A program made the translations under genes and the position numbers. 64,000 nt of DNA from Euglena gracilis (Eukaryota). Of the stretch, positions 26,601 to 36,234 are shown one piece after another (the first letter of the stretch is position 1; each line of letters starts with the position of its first letter). The notes beneath the pieces were generated by a model. The model was not told the DNA's origin. It ran no database searches and saw only the letters and a list, made by a program, of their open reading frames with translations. The stretch is taken from assembly GCA_039621445.1 (NCBI GenBank), contig CP154954.1, positions 2,294,001 to 2,358,000 on the forward strand. The letters are read 5' to 3'.

Positions 26601-28681
26601 CCCCCCAGGAGTGTACAGCGGGTACAGCAGTTGCGAGCAGCTGCTGGCCAACTTCCCGTCGTACTGCGGCTGCTTCTTCGACAACAACAAGAGTGGGGCC
26701 AGGCCACTCCTTGCGTGTTCCGTCCTACTCAAACTGACACGGGCCATTCCTGGGGGAGGGTCCAGCCAGCCACTGGCTTTTTTGAACCCCCCATTCGACT
26801 GTCAAACAAACAGCCAGAAAATGGGTTTACAGAACTCAAATTTTGCGGCTCAAACTTGAATGATTGCCGACTCGACCTTTCCAAGGTCTGCTTCAACCCC
26901 ATTCTCGGTTCCAACTGGGGCCTTGATTGCCGTCCACATCCTCAGTTGGGGAGTTGATCGTTGGGTTGGGTTCAGCCAGCACATTTTTTCACACAGCAAA
27001 TGTTTTAGCCTGAGACCACCGTCACGAAGACTTTCAAGACGCAGGATTTTTACCGGAGTAAATTTCTGGGGTGTCTAGTGAAGAGAGCAAGCTTTAGGAG
27101 CCTGGGTCAAAAATAAAAATTGATAATCAAAAATCGCTGGCAACTATGGAGTCACAATTTGGAGATTGATCTGCAGAGAGTTGGTGCGATTCCCAAACCG
27201 CGACCCTCAAAATATCTGGCCGAAAAAAATTCTGGATTTTGTCGGCCAGTGGAAAATGACATGCCTCATTGAGCCATCCAAAAATGTACCTCAGGAGAAC
27301 TGTTGCCATTATGATTATGTATTTTATATAATTCTGCAATTGTGTGTGATTATTTTGTGCACGTAATTATGTATAATAAATAGAAATTCCAAAGCACCAC
27401 TGAGCAGGGTACACACAGAGCCCCCCCCCCCCCATGTGGGCTCCCAAGCAGAGGCCCATGCGAGACCCTCGCCAGCCTCAACGTGTACAACAACGTGACG
27501 TACCCCGCCGCTGTGACCGTCCCCGTCGACCTGCCGATGGACCGGGCCCTCGCCAGCCCCAACTTCCCGCCCATCAACCAAGGCGTGTCTCCCAGCCTCT
27601 CTGTTTTTTTGTTTGCTTTTGTTTTCATCATCTTTGTGTCATTCATCGATCGCTTGTGTCGGGTTTCAGCTTTCCTCACCCCTCAAATATGACCTGGGTG
27701 TTGTTTTTGGGGCCGTCGCAGAAGCCCCTGGACTTCCTAATTTGGGGGACACGTCCACCAAGTTGGGAACCAAATTTTCTGGGGTCGCAGGCTGGAGTAA
27801 TCGATGCGTCGTCACGGTCATGGAGCCCCCCCACCTGTGGAGTTTGTTTCTTCCGGCACAGTGCCAGATTATTATTATTTTTGCTCTTTCTGGAACCTGC
27901 CAAGGAGGGAGGGTCAGGACACTCCCGCCAAACATGTACGGGGGGTTCGGATCCCCCCCCACACCACCTACCTCAATGCCGTCTCCCATCTGTCCCTGGC
28001 CGGCCACCAAGCACCTGTCAAAAAATGAACAAAAATGCCCGTTTCCCTTCTAGAAGCAGGAGGGCCCTTTGCTTGCTTTTTGGAGCCATAAAAGTGACAT
28101 AGAAATGGCCTGCAAGAGAACTCTGTGAGTTTCACTTTTCTGTATATTGCATTTTTTGATGTTTTGGTGTTTTCCACATAACAGATGCTCAAAAGTTCAA
28201 AAGTGAGCATTCCTGGATTTTTTTCGATTTTTTGGATTTATTTTCAAAGAAAAATCAGGGATTTTCCAACATTTTTGGCTCTTTGAAGGGGGGCCCAGAC
28301 CCCCCCCCCCCCCCCCAAGGCTTCCCATACATCCCTGTGGCTGGCTGTGTAAACAAGATAAGTCCTTCTGGACTCTGACCCCCTCCACAACATAGACAAA
28401 GCGCAGATTTGTGATTCTCGGCGTCTTTCTGTTTCAACTGCCAATCGCCTCGGAGACTCTGGATGTGTGCATTTGCAGTTTTGCGGAACCATTCACCATC
28501 ATAATCACGCAACGCATGCGTGACCGGCGTGGCGTGCGTGACCCCCCCCCCCATTGCGGTCGTGCCGGCAGGGTGCTGTGCGCACAACACGCCGGTGCGG
28601 GACGTCTTCAGCCACCCGACCAAGCTGTGGGGGATGTGCTCCGAGACCACTGCCATCGTCCAGCCGAACCAGTGGCTGTGA
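3799..28681 (+). CDS. Multi-exon host gene (possibly two genes) for a large, probably extracellular Cys-containing protein
   Basis: GC-rich exons with splice sites: 3799-3944 ([25 protein letters not shown]...[13 protein letters not shown]), 9625-9689, 12634-~12740 ([17 protein letters not shown]...), ~14160-14208, ~16450-16660 ([10 protein letters not shown]), ~22026-22125, 23247-23334 ([11 protein letters not shown]), ~26609-26697, ~27460-27582, 28572-28681 (GCCAHNTP...NQWL*, TGA 28679-28681). Several joins are phase-compatible. The exon set is incomplete. Confidence 0.6.
4308..4584. mobile_element. hAT-like MITE, CAGGGG-Tn family
   Basis: Termini cagggg-ttttttt / aaaaaaa-tccctg and perfect 8-bp TSD ttatgcac (4300-4307, 4585-4592). 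Body is shared with the copies at 7826 and 56896. Confidence 0.9.
6499..6770. repeat. 11-bp minisatellite (ccccataccac)n with an inverted segment
   Basis: Tandem units at ~6499-6665, a complementary ggggtatggg tract at ~6668-6728, then direct units again. Confidence 0.85.
6990..7575. repeat. Three ~120-bp tandem-like units followed by a (catcatgggtcatgatgg) array
   Basis: Unit aaagtcaatgggt..cagcccaaaacgggg..tcgaaaaacgctcattttcgg recurs near 7000, 7130 and 7290. The short array lies at ~7435-7575. Confidence 0.75.
7826..8082. mobile_element. hAT-like MITE, CAGGGG-Tn family (opposite orientation to the 4308 copy)
   Basis: cagggg...gcccctg termini and perfect 8-bp TSD tacacaac (7818-7825, 8083-8090). 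Confidence 0.9.
8090..9300. repeat. Microsatellite tracts: (CA)n-like 8090-8445 and (GTGC)n 9168-9290
   Basis: Directly visible simple repeats. A (TG)n tract also lies at ~7650-7742. Confidence 0.9.
13063..13641. mobile_element. CAGGGG-family MITE containing a nested CAT...ATG TIR element (13254-13548)
   Basis: Outer termini caggggg/cccctg with a degenerate TSD (acaatgg/atagtgg). Inner TIR cataccattgcttaac / gttaagcaatggtatg with perfect 8-bp TSD cccgggac (13246-13253, 13549-13556). Confidence 0.85.
14437..15788. mobile_element. Non-autonomous TIR element, 1.35 kb
   Basis: 24-bp perfect TIR caggggcagggagatattccggtc / gaccggaatatctccctgcccctg, (taaaccggaa)n subterminal arrays at both ends, flanking repeat tttcaag. 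Confidence 0.9.
18052..18323. mobile_element. Palindromic MITE-like element
   Basis: caggtcccaac / gttgggacctg termini with near full-length self-complementarity (ggagttcggcctaactttaggcctaac vs gttaggcctaaagttagaccgaactcc). No clear TSD. Confidence 0.7.
20025..20790. repeat. (TACA)n microsatellite with TA-rich flanks
   Basis: About 700 bp of nearly pure tetranucleotide repeat. Confidence 0.97.
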
Positions 28682-29277
28682 GTGCCCGAGCAGCATCTCC
28701 AGCCGACCAGGCGCATGTTGTGCAATGGGAGTGTTCCCGGAGAGAGACGAGAGAACGTGGCCGCCACTTGCCTCTCCACAGGGAGACGGTCCACAGGAGT
28801 GAGTCATTTTCCCAAAAGAATTGCGCACTTGGTCGCATGTTTGCGCAAAGTGCCAACATGCTTTGAATGTTTCTCCAATCAGAAAGCTATTCCAGAATTG
28901 TTGTCTGCAAAAGAGGGTTCTATTTCGTGCAAATTGTTCTGGCGACCAGCTCTTAACCTCCAACTTCACTCCAGTTTCCGCAACGGAAGTCCAACATGGT
29001 TTGCAGACAAAGGTTGAGATGAGAATTCAACGGCCGCTCTCGCTGATGTGACGTGGAGGTTCATGCGCATGGGATTTCTGCCAGCCCAAAACCCCTCTGA
29101 ATGTTCTCCTTCCCTAAATCAATGTGTCTTCCTTCTGTGTTCATGACCAATGGCGTCGTTTGTCTTCTGCTCTTCCAAAAGAGTGCATTCTTTAGGAAAC
29201 AAACAAAAAAAAAGTGTCATTTTTGCTGCTGTTTGTTGCACCATTTGAGGGAAATTTCAGGGCCTTTGCACACCCAC

Positions 29278-30445
29278 CTTTGCCCTTGTGAGGCCATCCC
29301 TTGCTCGCTGGCCGTTTGTTGTGACTGTTTTGGTGAGCTGCCTTTTTTCGCCGGAGTTGGCTGACTCTGAATTTGCCCGTCGACACCCAGAAGAAAGGAA
29401 AGTAAAATACCTTATCAATTGGAAGAGGAAGAAGAATTCAATCAATCAAAAAAATAATCCAGAAGTAGACGCTCGTGCAGAACCTAAAATCAGAAATTGT
29501 TGAAGTACCTGAAAGATTTCAATTAAAGACCAGTAGTCCCGGGATGACACCTCGGGCTCCGCACTTTGTCCTTGCTTGGATTGTTTGCTGCGTTGGGATA
29601 GGAGGCCCCGCTTGGTGGCTTTTTGTCGCCGGAGTTGGCTGACTCTTAATTTGCCCTTCGACAAAAAGAAGACAGGAAAGTCAAACACCTTATCAATTGG
29701 AATAAGAAGAGGTCAATCGGTCAATTCAAACTATACAGAAAAAGATGCGCTTCCAGAATATAAATGCTGAAATTGTTGAAGTTTTTGAAAGATTTCAATG
29801 GGAGATGCAATTTCCAAGACGAAGGGCTTTTGCGGACACCCTGGCAAATTTTTTTGGTGGCAAAGTCCACAGCCCCCCGGGACTCAAAACACCCCATTTC
29901 TCAGGAAATAAAGGCCCAATTAAAGCAAATAAAAAATCTACTGGACACCTGGGGGGCAGACCCTTTCCCCAAAATGCAACCAGGGAGTTACACTCAGACA
30001 GCAGCGCCCATGCCTGGGGGGGGGGGCTGGACATCCACAAAGGAGAAATTGTGCAGGAATTTTGGAGAAAAGACTCCATTTTACACATAAACGCAAAGGA
30101 GCTCAGTGCAGCAATCAGCACTTTGAAAAGTTTGAGCAAACCTGGGGAAACAGTTTCTTTGTCCGTAGACAACCAGGTAATTTAATAATACCTGGCCAAA
30201 GGGGGGGGGGCAGAAAGGACCCTTTCAATACAATGCTAAGACCATTTTTCAAATGGTGCATAGAGCACCAAGTAAACCTCCAAGTCAACTGGGTGCCTTC
30301 AAAAGAATGCCTGGCAGACCCCATAAGCAGATGGGAAATGGACAAGGGGGATTACTCCTTAGACCCCCAACTTTTTCAATGGTTAGGACAGCAATTCCAA
30401 AAATTCATAAATCTGGAAACAGATTTATTTGCATCCCCAGGCAAG
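29278..30445 (+). mobile_element. Degenerate DIRS fragments: two left termini plus a partial RNase H
   Basis: 29278-29296 is the exact reverse complement of 34206-34224, and ~29545-29570 matches the complement of ~34220-34245. Each is followed by the gccggagttggc motif. RNase H motifs LHSDSS, HINAKEL, VDNQ and LADPISR lie at ~29990-30330 with a frameshift. Confidence 0.8.
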
Positions 30446-30829
30446 GGAAAAGTGCCTAATTTGGTCCGTGAAACGGTCCGGTCCGTGAAAAACAAAACCT
30501 TTTGAATTTTTTTGCCTTTTTCGACATTTTGTTGGATGGAGCTAGATCAAGGCTGGATCGGGACTGGAGGAACAGCCTAATTACTGAAAAAATGCAGGGA
30601 TAGGTGAGCTGGGCAACCCATTTGGCTGGCCAGCCTGCGGCCGGCTGTCCCAGCCTTCGACTGGCTGGCCAGGCCTCCGGCCGGGCTGGACTGGGCTTAT
30701 TTCACTCGACCCCCAGGGGGGGGGGCTCCCAGCACAAATTTGAGCTGCTGGCTGGATTTGAGCTGCTGGCTGGCTGGACCCCCCCCCCGGGGGGATGGCG
30801 TCCCCTCCGGCTTAAGAAAACCCCTGGCC

Positions 30830-32269
30830 GCCAGGCAGTCCCCGTTGATCACCACCGCCAGGCCAGTGCCATTCTTCAGGTGACGGGAAGCGGGGTGCTC
30901 ACCCGCGTACCGTGCTGCAGCACAGATGGCTCTGCGGCCGGCGAGATGTCGGGGCGGCTGTGCCATTGCCGATTATTTCCATCCGGCAGACCTGTGACTG
31001 AGTGAGGGATGCCAATCGCAACACAATGCCCACCAGGCAGGGTAACCCCATCCCCCCTGATAGAAGCACGGGGCCGCTACAAGCGCAGGGTCCAAATAAA
31101 AGCGCACCCCCCGCCGCCGCCGCCTCTACAAGCACACCCCCCATTTTGATGGGATTTCTGAAAGAAATCAACAAAAATCACGCAGCTAGGGTCCAAATAG
31201 AAGCGCACCCGTGCTTCTATTAGGGGGGGGGTTATCACTTAAAATGAAATGGGCGGGGAGTGGTCTGGAACCCTCCTCTTGTCAAAGAGGCCTCTCCCAA
31301 ACAATGACTTAATAATGAAATGGGACATGGCCAAAGTGGCCAATTTGAAGAGCCATGCAAAACGTTGGGCCGAGCAAGTTGGCCCCTCGTGCAAAACGAG
31401 CTTTGCAGCGAGGTGTTCCGCGGCGCGACACGCATAGCGCGCCGCTTGTGGCACAACTTGCTCCACGGCACGCAAGGGAGGTTTTGCTGCCAGCCCGGGC
31501 ACACCGAGCCTTGCTTCTGATGGGAGGCCAACGCCGCCTTCAGCTCCGTCTCGATGGCCTCCAGGGAGGTCTGGTTCAGGATGACGGTGTGGAGCAGGGC
31601 GCAGGCGAACCCGATGTTGATGGCGGTCTCCTGCTTGTCCCCCGTCAAGACCCACACCCGGATGCCCGCCTGCAGGGTTGGGGGCAGAACGGAAAACATC
31701 AGGTTGCGGGGAACCAAAATGAATGACAACCCATCATCAGTTTGCATAATAATTTTTCCGGTTCATTTTTGAATGTCCGCTTTTTTATGCACTGCGCTTT
31801 TTCAATCAGCAGCAGCGCAAATTGACCTTGCACATTTCTGTTTGAAGCAAACGCGTACGTGCATAAACCCTAAATAAATCAATTCATAAATATGGAGATA
31901 AATGTGGAGAGAGAGAGATATAAAGATGGACGAATGATTCAAATCAACAGAAAAAATGCATGAGATCAATGGACTCACCAAACAGCTGAACCCCCCATTC
32001 CCTTTCAAAACGTTCCCAGCGAAAATGCAGTTGCTGGACACTGGGATGCACTAAGACTTTATTTTGTGGGAACCACCTCCTTCTCTTTATTTTGTGACAC
32101 CACTGCCACTGAGTATGGTCGCAGCTTCCACCACTGCATGGCGCCATTCAGCCGGAGGTCCGGCGGACCAGCAGCGCGGCACACCTTGCGCAGGTGCTCG
32201 ATGCACTCCGGCACCCCCAGCTGCAGCTTGTCCTCGATGGCGGTGGCCCCCACCAGCTGCAGGTCCACC
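30830..32269 (-). CDS. Three exons of a P4-type ATPase (phospholipid flippase); partial gene
   Basis: 32269-32185 (E)[32 protein letters not shown] intron 32184-31670; 31669-~31505 [26 protein letters not shown]; ~30870-30830 [12 protein letters not shown]. These are diagnostic P4-ATPase motifs. Confidence 0.85.
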
Positions 32270-32454
32270 TCCACCAGGGGTTTTTTTTAAAAGACGGGGG
32301 AGGGGGGTCCCCCCCACCCCCGGGGGGGTCCAGGGGGACCCAACCCACTTTCCCCCGAAAAGGCCAAAAACACGCAAAATGGTAAAAGTAGTAAATTTTT
32401 CGAAAAATTTCGGCGTATTTGGCGCTGAAAAAAACAAGACGTCAAAACCCAATT

Positions 32455-34582
32455 ATGGGAAATAAAAGTTCTGCTGGACACCTGGGGGAGGCAGACCTTT
32501 CCCCCAAGGTGCAACCAGAGAGTTGCACCCAGACTGCAGCACCCATGCGTGGGGGGGGGCTAGACATCCACACTGGAAGTACTGTCCAGGAGTTTTGGAG
32601 AGAAAACTCCATTGTACATATAAACGTCAAAGAATTGCATGCAGCAATCAACACAGTGAAAAGTTTAAGCAAACCAGGGGAAACCGTGTCCCTGTCAGTG
32701 GACAATGAGGTATTTTTCTATTCCACGACAAAAGATAGGGGGAGACAAGACCCTTTCAACAAAATGCTTCGACCCTTTTTCAAATGGTGCGTGGAGCACG
32801 ACATAAACCTTCAAGTAAATTGGGTTCCTTCAGACAAATGCCTAGCAGACCCCATCAGCAGATGGGAAATGGACAGGGGGGATGACTCCCTAGTCCCACA
32901 ACTTTTTCAATGGCTAAGGCAGTTTTTCCAAAATTTCATTCAGTTGGAAACAGATTTTTGTGCCTCCCCAGGCAACAAAAAAACTGCCCAAATTTGTGGC
33001 CAGGTGGCCCAATTGGGAGGTCCCCCCATGTTGTCCACTGGACAACATGGGGGGAATTTATGGCAACCCCCCTTGGTCAATAATTCACAATTTTCTCCCC
33101 AGACTGAAAGCATTTACCCATACCAAAGTTTTGATGGTCACCCCTTATTGGGATTCAACCACCTGGTGGCCTCAATTAATAAAGATGAAAGTGCCAGGGA
33201 CACCCTGCCTAAAAATCACCCCCTACAGGGGCATGTTCAAAAGTGCAGGGGGGAGAAAATTCCACCCCCGAGATGGCCCTTTCTTTGCATGATTTGCTCA
33301 GGCTAATCCTGGAGGGGAAACAAATACAAAATCAGACCATCGAAAATTTCCTGGGAAAAAATCCCAGTCTAAAACGGTATCAAAGTGCTTTCACACTGTT
33401 ATGGGTAATTTTTCAAAAAATGGGGGTACCCCTCCTGAAGCCACCACCGACCAAGCAGCTGACGCTTTGGTACAATTATTTCAATTTTCTAAGGCCCAAG
33501 CCCGTAATGCGTACAGTGCTATGCTTTTGATTCCTGGGTTTGGTGGATTGAGATTCCACACCGTGTTGGCACCTTACAAAAGATTTTGGAACCAAAATCT
33601 GGAAAAGTATGGTGCATTTTTCGATCCCCTCCCAATCCTCCTGGGGCTGGCCAAGGCCCCCTTTCCCACTGATATGTGTATATTGCGTACACAACTTATT
33701 TTTTGCTCACGTATCCTCTGTTTATACAGATCTTCAGATTTGGACAGAATCAAACGCACAACCAGTGTGTTGGGCAAGGCGCCGTATATTAAAATTAGGC
33801 GTAAAGGCCAAAAATTCCACAAATGGGTCCATTCCACAATGCCCCCAAATAAGCCCATTTCTTTTGATGATGTCCTATGTTGTAGCAAAAAAGGCCATTC
33901 GTCAGACCCGGGGGACCCCTTCAGATTTCACTAAAAACCCCCTTTAAGCCCATTAGTGCAGATACCATTGCTTCAATAACCAAATATTTTTTGGCCAAAC
34001 AAGGGGTACCCCCCCAGGTTTGGGGGGCACACTCCACCAGAGGGACAGGGGTTGGTTTACTCAAAAAATTGGGCCTTTCTGCCCAAAGAAGTTTATGAGA
34101 TTGGCCAGTGGAGGGGGGTGGAGGCTTTTACAGCCCACTGTCAACGACTTGGTGCCCAAGGTGCCCTAGAAAGTGCCCTGGCCACCCTACTTTCAGTCCA
34201 CAATCTGGCCTCACAAGGGCAAAGTGCGGAGCCCGTGGTGTCTCGTACTCCCTCGAGGAAAACCGATCAGGGAGGCAGGGACACCGGGGGCGAAGCACAA
34301 AGACCTTGTGAGCCCTACCCCCCCACCCGTAAAAGGAAATTTGCCTTCAACAGCCCTCAATTAACAGAAAATGGGGTCAGGGGGGGCAGGAGGGCCCAAG
34401 GGGAAAGAGAAAGCGTCACAACCGTCACGTCGGAGCCACATCGCAGCAACCCGCGAGGCGGCAACCGGGGCCCCCCACTAAGCAGGGGACTCCTAAACCA
34501 CGCACTCCTAACCGCACGCGCGCACAACAAACAGAGATTCGCCGAGTGAGCCAAGATGTTTTCATTGCCTCACAGGTTCTGT
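32455..34582 (+). mobile_element. DIRS element A (5'-truncated): RNase H, Dam-like methyltransferase, tyrosine recombinase, ICR; right end continues at 51290-51348
   Basis: HINVKEL/VDN/LADPISR (RNase H); YGNPPWS (MT, ~33060); YR with YRSSDL, GAHSTRG (~34025-34045) and IGQW. Multiple frameshifts. ICR at ~34206-34315. Confidence 0.85.
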
Positions 34583-35628
34583 TGGTCTTTTCGGACTCCC
34601 ACGACAAAGGAAGGGGGAGGAAGTGACCAAGAGGGTGCCACGAAAAAGCACAAGAATGATTTGTGGTTGTATTTTGGTCGTGCTTTGCTTGCCGGACTGT
34701 TATGTTATGGTGTGTTTGTGCTGCGTGCGCGGGGGGTGGGGGTTTGCTTCTTACTGCGCCTTTTTTTGCCGGAGTTGGCGATTGAGGTGGCCTTCCTCCG
34801 ACACCTTGGCGAGCTGAAACCCCTTGGCCCCGCCCCCCCCCCCCCTCTCCCATGGTCCCTTGGTGCCCCCCCCCCCCTGATGGGAATGGTGGTCCTCTTC
34901 GTTTTTCTGGTGGGTGTTGGGGCATGCTGGTTGGGGTCCCCTTTTCTGGTTGGGATGTTTTTCTCCTGATTTTTTGGGTGGGATGGTTGGCTCACCACTT
35001 CTTGTGCTTCTCCCTCTTGGTCCCTTCCTCCCCCTTCCGTTGTCGTGGGAGTCCGAGACCATTCGGGCTCCGCACTGCGAGATGGTGAGTACTGTGCACC
35101 CCCTTTGGGCCATAATATTTGAATTTTTGACACGACTCCCAGCCTCCATTCCAAACGCTATTTTTTGTACCTGTTGATTCCCGTGAGCTAGTCCTTATTT
35201 TCCATAGTGGCTTGGTTCTTAATCATGCTTTCATGCTGCAGCTGCGTACTTCCGCCCTGGACTGTTCTATTATAACTCAACCCACCCTTGCATCTTTCCC
35301 ATCCATAGGAGACCCAGCCCCTTGGTGCTGTGGGGTTCCAGTGGGCCCCCGCGTCTTTGTCAACCCATACCCTCCTGTCCGTAGAATTTTATCATCTTGG
35401 CGTTTTAGTGGAATTCAGCTCTCTTCCCATTGTTTGTGTTTCAGTTGCCTGTTTATGACACTCCAAGACCTGACCACTAACATGTTAGTTTTGTGCCCGC
35501 ATCTGTTCCCAAAGAGTATTGTCCTTTCCCACATCCCCCCACTCCCGCAGTAAATGTACATGGGCTGCATGCAGGGGTGGGTGTGTTGAGGACACAAAAT
35601 GACTCCTGTCACCTTTAGGATTAGGGAT

Positions 35629-36121
35629 TATGAGTCAGGGGGATGTAGTCGACACCCACACCAAAACATACACCTAACCCAACCAACCCCAACCTGATGA
35701 CTCTGCCGTTAGGATAGGAAAATCTTATTAGGAATTATTAGCAGCTGACCCACCCATTGTCCTGCACAGGAGTCTGTCACTGTTTTTGTCTTCAAGTCAA
35801 GTATTGAATTACCATGGTGGCAATTATCATTCTTACCTGGACAGTACGTGGTGAATTAGATTGGTGATGGTTTTGGAATTGCTGAATTGCTTGTATTGTG
35901 CTGTTGGTCTTGTGGATTTTTAATCAAAAGAAAAGTATGAGCCACCCAACTCACCTGTTTTAACCAAAAAGACACAACAAAACAAAAGAAAAGGAAATTT
36001 TTAAAACAAGCCGCGAGGGGAATTGAAAACACATTGGGCAGGGTAAAAGTAAAGATCCTACGCAACGGGGTGCCGGCCCCGAGGAACTGGAAACTCCAGG
36101 GCGGGCACCACGGTTACAACA
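35629..36121 (+). repeat. 5' LTR
   Basis: Aligns along its length with 47573-48051. Starts tatgagtcagg (TG appears mutated) and ends ggttacaaca. Confidence 0.9.
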
Positions 36122-36133
36122 TGGTCGCAGAGG
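36122..36133 (+). promoter_or_regulatory. Primer-binding site, initiator tRNA-Met-like
   Basis: tggtcgcagagg lies immediately after the LTR, an 11/12 match to tggtagcagagg, the complement of the animal-type tRNAiMet 3' end. Confidence 0.7.
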
Positions 36134-36234
36134 TAGACTGCCCAATTTTGATTCCCCTCCGACATGCCGGCTTATACGAACCAGGAACTGGAAAAAAAAC
36201 GAACAAGAAAACTGCAAAAAAAACTGACGCTGAC

